Positions 54,306 through 64,000 of a DNA stretch of 64,000 bases are shown here, piece after piece. This DNA is from an uncultured Verrucomicrobiae bacterium (GTDB lineage: Bacteria; Verrucomicrobiota; Verrucomicrobiia; Chthoniobacterales; UBA10450). The stretch spans positions 128,001 through 192,000 of the forward strand of contig CAWFGO010000003.1 in the NCBI GenBank assembly GCA_963815455.1. The letters are read 5' to 3'. Positions within the stretch are counted from its first letter, which is position 1. Every line of letters starts with the position of its first letter. The notes under the pieces are model-generated. The model saw nothing but the letters and a program-made list of their open reading frames with translations. It was not told the DNA's origin and did not search any database. Both the position numbers and the translations under genes were made by a program.

Positions 54306-55703
54306 ATGACAACGGATAACCGGCGCATTCTGATCATCGACGATGAGCGCACGATCCTTCTGACCCTGACGGCGCTGCTCGAGCGGCACGGCTTTCAGGT
54401 GGAATCCGCGCCGACGGCGTCGCAGGGATTGAAAGCGTTGAAGGCAAAATCTCCGCCCGTCGTTTTGCTCGATCTCCACTTGCCCGACGCGGAAGGTTTG
54501 CAAACACTCGAGGAAATCAAGACCAGCGCGCCTGGAACGCAGGTCATTATTTTGACCGCGCATGACACGTTGAATAACGCAATCGAGTCGATCAAGCGCG
54601 GCGCTTACCATTTCATTAGCAAACCATACGCGCCGGAAGAATTGCTTAGTCTGATCGAGAAAGCGTTGGAGAAGCAGTCGCTGCTTCGCGAGACAGAGCA
54701 GCTTCGACAGCGAACCCAGCAGCTCGAAAAACGGCTGGAAATGGCCGAGGTTCAACCGGCGCCGATATTTAAGAGCAAAGCGATGCAGGAGATCGACGGA
54801 TTGATTACGGCAATGGCGCCGTCGGATGCCAACGTGTTGATCACGGGCGAAAGCGGTGTGGGCAAGGAGGTGATTGCCAACATCATTCATGGGCGAAGCC
54901 GCCGCGCCGGCGCGCCGATCGTGAAGCTCAATTGCGCAGCGTTCCCGCAAACGATGATCGAAGGAGAACTTTTCGGTTACGTGAAAGGCGCGTTCACCGG
55001 AGCGATGAACGATTTCCCCGGGATGATCGCGGCGGCTCACAACGGCACGCTTTTTCTCGATGAAATTTCCGACATGCCGCCGGATTTGCAGACCAGATTC
55101 TTGCGTGTGCTTCAGGAACGCGAATATCGCTCGCTCGGAAGCACCCGAACGCTCAAGGCAGATTTTCGCGTAATCGCCGCTACAAATCAGCCAGTACCAC
55201 AGGCGCTGGCCGAAAATCGCCTTCGTTCCGATTTGTACTATCGGCTGAACACGTTTCAGATCGAAGTGCCTCCCCTGCGCGACCGGAAACAGGACATTCC
55301 CCCGCTGGTGGCTCTATTTGTAAAACAGTTTGCTCAGCAATTGGGCAAACCCGAGCCGGCCATCGCGCCGGATGCTTTTGAGAAACTCCTCAACTATTCG
55401 TGGCCGGGAAACGTGCGCGAGCTGCAGAACGCTCTCGAATACGCAGTCGTGCTAGCACAGGAAAACTTGATCGGCGTGAAAGAACTCCCGGCTGAAGTGC
55501 AATTACCCCCGGCATTGCAACAAACCGAGCGCGTGGCCATGCCGCGTGCGGGCGGCGTCCAAACGCTCGACGACATGGAACGTCACGCTATTGTTCAGGC
55601 GCTGGCTCAATGTCATGGCAACAAAAAGAAGGCGGCCGAGCTCCTCGGCATTCAGCGGCCGACGTTGTATAATAAGTTGAAACGTTACGCGATCGACGTG
55701 TAG
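54306..55703 (+). CDS. Sigma-54-dependent response regulator (NtrC family)
   Basis: Receiver domain, GESGVGKE, GAFTGA, WPGNVREL, Fis-type HTH. Confidence 0.95.
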   Translation: MTTDNRRILIIDDERTILLTLTALLERHGFQVESAPTASQGLKALKAKSPPVVLLDLHLPDAEGLQTLEEIKTSAPGTQVIILTAHDTLNNAIESIKRGAYHFISKPYAPEELLSLIEKALEKQSLLRETEQLRQRTQQLEKRLEMAEVQPAPIFKSKAMQEIDGLITAMAPSDANVLITGESGVGKEVIANIIHGRSRRAGAPIVKLNCAAFPQTMIEGELFGYVKGAFTGAMNDFPGMIAAAHNGTLFLDEISDMPPDLQTRFLRVLQEREYRSLGSTRTLKADFRVIAATNQPVPQALAENRLRSDLYYRLNTFQIEVPPLRDRKQDIPPLVALFVKQFAQQLGKPEPAIAPDAFEKLLNYSWPGNVRELQNALEYAVVLAQENLIGVKELPAEVQLPPALQQTERVAMPRAGGVQTLDDMERHAIVQALAQCHGNKKKAAELLGIQRPTLYNKLKRYAIDV

Positions 55704-55720
55704 AAAATCTCTTTGGTCAC

Positions 55721-55873
55721 GTCATCCTGTCGAAGACTCGCCGTGGCGAGAGCGAAGTCGAAGGGATCCCGCGATTAAGGGCAACGTTCGTGAACAATCA
55801 AGCGATCATGCTTTCAGTGTTGTTCGGGCGCGTTCAATGCGAACGCGAGGTCCCTGGCGTCGCTCGGGATGAC
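55721..55873. repeat. GTCATCC-type inverted repeat element with a nested small palindrome
   Basis: GTCATCCTG...GAGCGAAGTCGAAGGGATCCC ... GGTCCCTGGCGTCGCTCGGGATGAC; CTCGCCGTGGCGAG interrupts the left arm. Confidence 0.7.
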
Positions 55874-55923
55874 CGCGCTGCACGGCCGCTTTGGAAACGT
55901 GCTCTTCTTGATTAGATTGTCGA

Positions 55924-58702
55924 ATGCCGTCGCGACATCTCGATCAGGTTCTGGCCCACGCTGAGAGCCAGCTTGCCGCCACGGGCGAGCGGCGGCCGAC
56001 TGAGGTTCTGCCGCTTTACCAGAGGTTTCTCAAGATCGAAGAGCATCGGCTTCGATTGAAACATCAGGCCGGCGGCGCGGGTCGTGAAATCTGTCAGCGC
56101 CGGGCCGACCTTGTCGATGTTCTGCTGAAACGCGTTTTCGCTGCCGCGGCGGTGGCTGTGCCCGACAAAGAAGCGAAAGCGGAACCGCTCTCATTGATCG
56201 CGATCGGCGGATACGGCCGGGGCGAGCTCAATCCGTTCAGCGACGTCGATGTGATGCTCTTGCATCGCCAACGCGCAAAAAGCATTTCGCCGTATCTCGA
56301 AGAAATGGTGGAACAGCTCCTCTATCTGCTCTGGGACAGCGGATTCAAGGTCGGTCATTCCACCCGCTCGATTAAAGAAGCGATTGCCCAGGCCAATCGC
56401 GACATGCAGACAAAAACGTCGATGCTCGAGGCGCGATTTCTGGCCGGCGATGTCGATCTTGCCCACCAGTTTCGCGAACAATTCCGGGCAAAATGTGTGG
56501 CCGGCTACGAGCGCGAATACGTGGAGTTGCGGATGCACGACCAGATCGCGCGTCATAAAAAATTTGGCGACAGCGTTTACATGCAGGAGCCGAACGTCAA
56601 AAACGGCTGTGGCGGATTGCGCGACTATCAAAACCTGCTCTGGGTAACCTATTTTAAGGAAGGCGAGTTGGCCACGCACCAACTGGTGGGGAAGGATTGG
56701 TTAAGCCAGGCCGATCAGCGTCGCATCGAGCATGCTTACGATTTTCTGCTGCGAGTCCGCACCGATCTGCATTATCTAACCGGGCGGGCCACGGATGTTT
56801 TGCACTTGAACATGCAGGAACAAATCGCCCGGCGCTTGGGCTATTCCCGGCGAAACGCGCAACTCGCCAGCGAAGCGTTCATGCGGGATTACTACGAACA
56901 CAGCCGGAATATTTTCCGCGTGACCGAACGAATCACCCAACAGTTCGCCAGCGGTCGGGCCAGCGAAAAAACGCGGCTGCTTTTCAGTTTCCTCCCGCTG
57001 ATCCGGACCGACCAGACGAAGCTGGAATCATTCTTTGTGCGTAATCAGCAATTGTTTCCCGATCGTCGCGATCTTTTTCGAAAGGAGCCGGAGCAGATGA
57101 TGCGCGTTTTCCAGCTCGCCCAGGAACATGAGCTGGAACTGAGCCCGGAGCTGGCCGATTTGTTAAGCCGTTTGCTGGGGCAAATTACTCGAACTTTCCA
57201 GTACGCCAAGGCCCCGCGCGAAATTTTCATGTCGATCTTGTCCCGCAAAGGCCAAGTGGGCCGCGTCCTGCGGATGATGCATCGGGTCGATTTTCTCGGG
57301 CGCTACATTCCCGAGTTCGGGCAACTGACGTGTCTGGTGCAGCACGAGTATCTCCACCGCTACACCGCCGACGAGCATACGCTGGTTTGCATCGACAAGC
57401 TCGATGCCCTGGCCGGCTACCGAGAATCCAAAACTCATTCCTTACCGAAAACTCTTCGAACGACTGGAAGATCCATTCGTTCTTTACCTCGCCCTCCTTT
57501 TACACGATACCGGCAAAGCAGTCGGGGCCCGGCCGCATTCGGAAGCCAGCGCGCTTTTCGCCCAACGCGTGGCAGCCCGCCTGCAACTCTCACCTGAGCA
57601 GCGCAAGTCGCTCATTCTTTTGGTCGATCACCATCTCACTCTCTCCAACATCGCGCAGCAGAGAAACCTGGACGATCCCGCCACGATCGCAGAGCTGGCG
57701 AACATCGTGAAGAGCGAGAGCAACCTGATCGCTCTAATGCTGCTCACTCTGGCCGACGGTCAGGGCACAAGCGCCGAAGCCTGGTCCGACTGGAAAGAAT
57801 CGCTCGTCTGGCACCTCTTCAATGCGACTTCGCAGTATCTGATCGATCAGAAATCCTTTTACGAGAAAACGAAGATCGAACGCGAAAGCTTGCAGGCGTC
57901 GGTTGCCGAGAAACTCCCGGCCGATTATGGAGACGAGATTGAGGCGCACTTCGAGTCGATGCCCGACAATTATTTTCGCGCCTCGAAAGTCTCCGGGATT
58001 GTCGAAGACTTGAAGCTCCTTCGCGCGTTCCTGCGGAATGTGTCGGTCGAGAGCGGCCATCCCCTGGTTCCGGCGATCAAATGGAAGGCTTTCCCCGATC
58101 AAGGCCACACCATCGCGCATTTTTGCACCTGGGACCGCGAACGGCTCCTGGCCAAGATCGCTGGATCGTTAGCGGCGGTTCCACTCAATATCTTGAGCGC
58201 GGACGTTTACACGCGGCCCGATCACATCGTTCTCGACATTTTTCGGGTATGCGATGTCAAGGGCAACGCCGTTACCGACAAACGCGATCTGGATCTGGTC
58301 GAGACAACTCTGCGCGACGCGTTGGAGAAGGAACAGTTCGATTTTGGCCCGTTAACGGAAAGAGCACGCCGCGAACTTGGGCCGCAACGCGCCCACGAGA
58401 TCGAATTCCCGACCCGCATCGCCATCGACAACAAGGCGCATCCAACCTACTCCCTTATCGAGATCGAAACGCCCGATCGCCTCGGTTTACTCTACGATAT
58501 TCTCTCCTGCCTCGATCGAGAAGGCGTCTCCATCGAGCTGTCCCGCGTCAGCACTCAAGCCGGTGCGGCGATCGACACTTTCTACGTCGTCGATCGTTCG
58601 ACGAACTCCAAAATCACCGACTCGCATCGGATCGCCGGCCTGCAAAAACATTTGCAATCGGCGGCTCTGGGTGAAGAGCAAATCAATCCAATCGCCGATT
58701 AA
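55924..58702 (+). CDS. glnD: PII uridylyltransferase/uridylyl-removing enzyme, frameshifted near 57415
   Basis: [41 protein letters not shown], two ACT domains. Confidence 0.93.
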
Positions 58703-58730
58703 CGTTTCCCGATTAATATCTGTTGAACAC

Positions 58731-59484
58731 ATGAATGCACTCATCCTGGCCGCGGGTTACGCCACGCGGCTTTATCCACTTACGCTAAAGAAAGCCAAAC
58801 CGTTGCTCGAGATCGCCGGGAAACCGATGATCGAATGGGTCATGGGCAATCTTGCTGGCATTGCCGATATCGAAACGATTTACGTTGTCACGAACGACAA
58901 GTTTGCCAGCGATTTCCAAACGTGGGCCGATCGCTATCAGGATCGACATCGTGAATTCGAAATCAAAATCGTTAATGATGGATCGAAAGACGATGACGAC
59001 AAATTGGGCGCGATCGGCGACATCAATTTTGTCATCAATCGCGAGGAGCTGACCGGGACCGGTTTGCTGATCGTGGCCGGGGATAATTTGTTTGCCGAAC
59101 CGCTGTCTGGTTTTGTGGACCAGGCAAGAGGAACCGACGCGACGGTGGCGGTTTACGACGTCGGGGATAAGGAGGCGATCAAGAAATACGGCAACATCGA
59201 CATCGATGCCGGTGGGAACCATCACGCACTTTGAGGAAAAGCCGGAGAAACCAAGGAGCACGCTGGCCGCCGTCGCCCTTTATTACTATTCGCCCAAAGT
59301 GCTTTCGCTCCTAAAGACCTATCTCGCTGCTGGAAATAATGCCGATCAGCCCGGACGATTCGTGCAATGGCTTTACACCCGTCAGCCGGTGAAAACTTTT
59401 CAGCTCAAAGGGAAATGGCTCGATATCGGAAGCAAGGAGACGTTGGAAGAAGCGGACAGATTGTTTGCCAAGTTTGTCAGGTAG
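58731..59484 (+). CDS. Sugar-phosphate nucleotidyltransferase, frameshifted near 59215
   Basis: [34 protein letters not shown]. Confidence 0.88.
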
Positions 59485-59560
59485 GGACGTATCTCCGCGC
59501 CGTCCGTTGAATTCTCAGGCTACGCTGGTTTGTCGGATGCGTCGGAAACGCGTCCCTACC
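59480..59560. repeat. GGTAGGGACG...CGTCCCTACC REP doublet
   Basis: Inverted arms matching 35085-35158. Confidence 0.82.
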
Positions 59561-59573
59561 TGATTTGTCGATC

Positions 59574-59999
59574 CTATTTCAATCGTCCTTCGTCGAACTC
59601 GATCAGGTCGAAATACGTTCGAATATCTTTGCGCCCCCCGCCTCCGGCCTCTTTGAGAAAATGGAGAAAGCGCGCCTTTTTCGCCGCCGTATCCGGGTGA
59701 CGCGAGATCATCGCCTCGTTCCATTGCTCGACTGCTTCCGGCGAATGTTTGGCCCCGTTTTTCTCCACCCATTCCAGAATCGCGGCATCATCATCGAGAC
59801 GATTTACCGCTTCTTCAAACGCGTCCGGATCGAGTTTGAGAAACGCGAGCAAATGTTTGTCGAAACCGACCGTTTTGTAGTTGTAGCCGTTTAGCAGCCC
59901 TTTGCTGTGCAGCTTCGCCTTGTCGATCAACCGCGGCAGATGGACATACCCGCCCAGTTTTTCGTAAGGACTGCGCGGATGCACTTTTTGCATCGGCAC
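59574..59999 (-). CDS. DUF5069-like conserved protein
   Basis: PRSPYEKLGGYVHLPRLIDKA...TYFDLIEFDEGR, recognised by eye. Confidence 0.7.
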   Translation of the reverse strand: MPMQKVHPRSPYEKLGGYVHLPRLIDKAKLHSKGLLNGYNYKTVGFDKHLLAFLKLDPDAFEEAVNRLDDDAAILEWVEKNGAKHSPEAVEQWNEAMISRHPDTAAKKARFLHFLKEAGGGGRKDIRTYFDLIEFDEGRLK

Positions 60000-60007
60000 G
60001 GCGAACC

Positions 60008-60860
60008 TTAAGTCACCGGCAGAGGCCGGGCCACCGTTCCTGGAAGCTCCGGTTCGGCTCTCTTCACTGCGGGAGCCGGTGGTTGCTCCGGCAACAGCTC
60101 GCCCTGGGTAAGGTCCGCTTGACCGATAATAAGCTGGCCGGAAAAGATGCCGCCCTTCTCCACCGTGATCGCTTTTGCCGTTACGTTGCCCTCCAAAGAC
60201 GCGTTCTTGTGGATGTGAACCGATGTGCCGGCCACGATTTCGGCTGTCACTCGCCCTTTAATTTCGATGCTGCCAACCGCCATCCGGCGAAAACATTGCA
60301 CATCGGCTTTGCGTTCCACGGTAACGTGCTGCGCACTCAGGCGCCCGGGAAGTTTCCCGACAAAACTGATCGTGGCCGACTCCGAGCAATGCAGGTTGCC
60401 GCGCAGTTTTCCCTCAATCATGGCCGATTTGCAGATCACACTCGTGCTGCTGAGATCGCCTTTTGGCATGAGATGAACGTTCCCGCGTGTGCGAATGGTC
60501 CGGCTAAAGCTGGTTGCGATCTTGTAATCGCGCAGGTCGATATGAGCGCTGCAGGATGGACAATTTGTCGATGTTGCCGCGCCGCTGACTTCGTGTTTTC
60601 GCTTGCACTCAAAACACTCGACCACCGAACTGCGAGGCTGGCTCCAGAGGCCCTCGAATTTTTGGAAAAACGACGGATCCCCCGTCGCGGCGGGCGCCTC
60701 TTCCTTGGTCCGAAGCTTTAAGCCGGGCTTCGGCGCAAACGGAGAAAAATACCGCCCGCACTGACGGCAGAGCGTGCTCTTGGCCGCCGCATAATCCTTC
60801 TGGTTAAAGCCACAATGTGGACACTCCACACTGACTTTAACAGGCGACGGCTTTGGCCAC
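60008..60860 (-). CDS. Double zinc-ribbon plus bactofilin protein (start approximate)
   Basis: CPHC/CRQC and CFEC/CPSC, then beta-solenoid repeats (IEGKLRGNL, LEGNVTAKAITVEKGGIFSG). Confidence 0.82.
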
Positions 60861-60890
60861 GGACGTTCTAAGCGAAGACCCCTCTCTCGG

Positions 60891-61433
60891 TTACGCGCGT
60901 CCGGCGAAGGCCTTGACCTGGTCGTCGCTCCGCACAACTTCTGGACGCGGCGCCGGCTTGGCCGCGGTCATCCCGCTGGTCACTTCCGATTTTCCGATGA
61001 AGGTCGCTCCCTCTTCGATCACCAAACGCGCCGCCTTCAAATCGCCTTGCAGAGTGCATTTGGATTTGAGTTCGCAGCGCTCGGCGACGGTGATGTTGCC
61101 CTGCACTTTGCCGAACACCGTGATCGATTTCGTCTTGATTTCGCCGCGAATGTCCGCGTTCTCACCGATCGTCAGTACGCCATCAGAATTGATTTCGCCT
61201 TCGACCTTTCCATCGATGAGAAGTTCCTTTTGGAATTTGATCGAGCCCTTGATTTCGACATCGCTCGAGAGAATGTCTTTGCCAGCGTGTTCTGCCATAT
61301 ACTTTTGGTAATCGGTTGTTGATGTTCTTGGTTGATCGCGGTTCACGAATCGGTTGGTATCATCGCTGCCGGAGGTCAACGATCCTTCGCCAATCGATGA
61401 CATCGGTTTTTGCGGGATGAATTTCTTCAACAC
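60891..61433 (-). CDS. Bactofilin (polymer-forming cytoskeletal protein)
   Basis: DVEIKGSI..LIDGKVEGEI..LQGDLKAARLVIEEGATFIG. Confidence 0.92.
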   Translation of the reverse strand: MLKKFIPQKPMSSIGEGSLTSGSDDTNRFVNRDQPRTSTTDYQKYMAEHAGKDILSSDVEIKGSIKFQKELLIDGKVEGEINSDGVLTIGENADIRGEIKTKSITVFGKVQGNITVAERCELKSKCTLQGDLKAARLVIEEGATFIGKSEVTSGMTAAKPAPRPEVVRSDDQVKAFAGRA

Positions 61434-61496
61434 GCGTTAGTATTGTAACGCTCCGGCGCGATGTCAAAAGATTCTCACAGGTAAATGCCAACTTCT

Positions 61497-63148
61497 TCAC
61501 AGGTTATTCGCAACTCGATACAGTTTGGCAACGCCGTTTTGGGCTGAAAAAACCAGGAAGCGCGGCACTTGTGTAGGAGTTCGATCCAGCACATAGCACA
61601 GCTCGTGCCGGGTGGTCGAGGAGCCAAGAATCACGGCCGAGGTTTGGGCTGCGCGCCCGCCATCATAGGCCAAAACCCAATCGATCCGGTGATTCACCAG
61701 GATCTCTCGGGCCTCTCCCCAGTCTCTCGACAGAAAGAAGCGCGCGCTGGCCTCAATCCCGGCCAAACTTTCATGCGAACTCCCGGCCAGGCCCGGTTGC
61801 TTCGACCAATAGGCAATCGAGGGCGAAAGCCACCATGGCGCCAGAAATGGATGAATGTCCGGCGACCTGAGACTCATCGCCAGATCGCGTAAGTGCACGG
61901 ATTCGATGCGCTGTTCCACCCGCCGGGCAAATTCCGCTTCGTTTGGCCAGAGCCGTTCATCCCAATCCCGCAAGATGGGAAAGATCGACAATGTAAAGGC
62001 GATCCAAACCGCGGTGCGTGCCTCAAATGGCTCGAGCAGGGCTGGAAGCGCCAGGGCGAAGATCAGCACGAAAAAGTAAGCCCAACGCGCCTGCCAGAGC
62101 GTGAGCAGATAGGTCGCGATCAGGAGCGCGAGAACAAATCCCGGAGTCTTCTGCGCACTCATGCTCGCTTGCCGCGCCGTAGTCGGACGAAGGCGGGTGC
62201 TCCACCGGATCCAAATCAGAATCGGCGCCACAAAGCAGCAAATAACCGCACCATCGCAGCCAGACCGGATTTCCCGGCGCGACGTGCGCCAGCTCGCCAA
62301 TCGTGCTCGCCCAGTTCTTGAAAACCGCGCCGGAATGCAGGATCGACGTCGACGGAATCCGCCGCTCGATCAGAAGTGCAATCGCGATAATCGCGGCAAA
62401 CAGAATCCAACCGATTCGGCGATGTCGATCCTTTGTAGCCGCGCCGCTGTGCGGCGCGTTCCCAAGAGCGAGCACCCGCCTTCGCCCCGCTACGGCGTGG
62501 CAGGCGACCAGGAGCATGAGCATGATGAGTGGCTCGTAAGCGGAAACCCAGATGGCGAGCGCCCATGCGACTCCGCTGACCGCGGCCCAGTTTTTCGAAG
62601 GTTCCGTTTGCAACATCCACTCCGAGCAAATCGCGATCGTAACCAGCAGGATCGACAACGATTGATGATCGGGCCGGCCCAGCTCGGCGCCATGGACGAG
62701 AATAGGGCTGATCGCGTAAAGAATTAGCAACGCCCAGCGATAGCGAAATCCTGCTTGTCGCGACCACCACCAAAGAAACCAGCCGCCTAAAAGCGCCAGA
62801 AGCGGCGAGATCAACGCCCCCGCCAGATCGATTGGCTGGGCCGTGAACGGCTTCAGCAAGATCGACAATGCAAGAATCAGATAGTCAAAAGGCGCGGTAG
62901 TGTGCGGAGTGGTCCCGGCCGGAAAGTTTTCGAACTCGTGATGCCGCACGATCAATCCCGGATGCTCGGAGCACATCCGGACCCGAGTCATCCGCGCATA
63001 GCAATCGGCATCGGTGAAATAGATATTGCCGCCGACAAAGACTTCTTCGTTAGTTCGCGCACCGCGTAGCCAGGATAAGCGCGCTCAAGATCGCGATCTC
63101 GATTGTAATTAATGCGCCGCGCGCCGCGCGCTGAAAGGGAGTCTTCAA
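61497..63148 (-). CDS. Multi-TM GT-C glycosyltransferase, STT3/AglB-like; frameshifts near 63050 and 62240
   Basis: YFTDADCYARM, FENFPAG, GRPDHQ, STIGEL, APWWLSPSIAYW across three frames. Confidence 0.6.
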
Positions 63149-63186
63149 TCGCTGACCTCTGGCTTCTGATCTCTGACCTCTGAAAT

Positions 63187-63259
<73 letters not shown>

Positions 63260-63386
63260 GCCGGATCAGTTAAACATGAGCAAAACAATCGCCAATCGAC
63301 CAACTCCGATCGCGTTTAACTTTGCGCTTTCCCCAGACGGGTACTTCTGTCTACGCTTTCCGAGGGTCACACTCCGATCCGCCGCG

Positions 63387-64000
63387 ATGAACCAACCTCC
63401 TGCCATTCAAACTTTCGAGATGCCGCAGATGCCGCGCCTTCCGTTGCGGCCAATCGCCGGCATCGTTGCGATCATCTTGTTGGTCGTTCTCGCGTGGACA
63501 TCGTACTACACGGTGCAGGCGGAAGCGGAAGGCGTGGTTCTTCGCTTCGGAAAGTTTTTGAAAACGACGGAGCCGGGTTTGCATTTCAAGCTTCCATTCG
63601 GCATCGACGAGGTAAGCGTCCTGCCGACACGGCGCCAATTGAAACTCGAGTTCGGTTTGCACGCCCGGATTACAAAACACTATCAGCCAGCGCAGGAAGC
63701 CCGGAGGAAAGATCGATGGTCACCGGCGATCTGAATGCCGCCCTCGTCGAATGGGTGGTGCAATATCGCATCGAAGATCCCAAGCAATATCTTTTCGACG
63801 TTCGTAATCCCGGCGCAGACGTTGCGCGATTTATCCGAGGCGGCCATGCGCGAGGTGATCGGCGACCGCACGGTGGACGAAGTGATCACGATTGGCCGGC
63901 AGGACATCGAGATCGCGGCCCTGGCCCGGATGCAGGAACTGGCCAAGCGCTACATGATCGGCATGCGGGTCGACCAGGTGCAACTGAAGAACGTCAATCC
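63387..64000 (+). CDS. hflK: FtsH modulator HflK (SPFH), frameshifted and truncated by the window edge
   Basis: GVVLRFGK..PGLHFKLPFGID, TGDLNAALVEWVVQYRI, SEAAMREVIG, VQLKNVN. Confidence 0.88.

Noticed and set aside
57400..57600. glnD as two genes
   Set aside because: The break falls inside the HD domain and both frames join seamlessly with one indel.

Overview
A GC-rich 64 kb bacterial chromosome segment. Gene content and repeat style suggest Verrucomicrobiota (Chthoniobacterales/Spartobacteria-like); this is inference. Most of it is housekeeping: phosphohexomutase, folC-accD-comF, tlyA-nadK, clpB, ffh-rpsP-khpA-trmD, metH, icd, pgi, an NtrC-type regulator with glnD, two bactofilins, hflK and three tRNAs. 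Several single-base frameshifts are probably long-read errors. Four things stand out. (1) metH carries a complete REP-associated tyrosine (HUH/Y1) transposase domain, bounded by 25-bp perfect inverted REP arms, inserted in frame between its homocysteine and pterin domains; two more REP inserts sit later in the same gene. (2) REP-like palindromes and heptamer repeats are translated in frame inside or at the ends of many other genes (pgi, S9 peptidase, trmD, clpB, fabF, an STT3-like gene). (3) Two tandem secreted ~790-aa proteins have a core resembling the lysyl oxidase LTQ Lys/Tyr motifs with a relocated His cluster, and lie head-to-head with a membrane polyferredoxin-TPR gene. (4) A 3.07-kb IS1-family element with 16-bp TIRs, an 8-bp target duplication and passenger genes (including a HEPN-like protein) is inserted next to a solo copy of its own end. 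All family calls come from reading motifs by eye; no searches were run.
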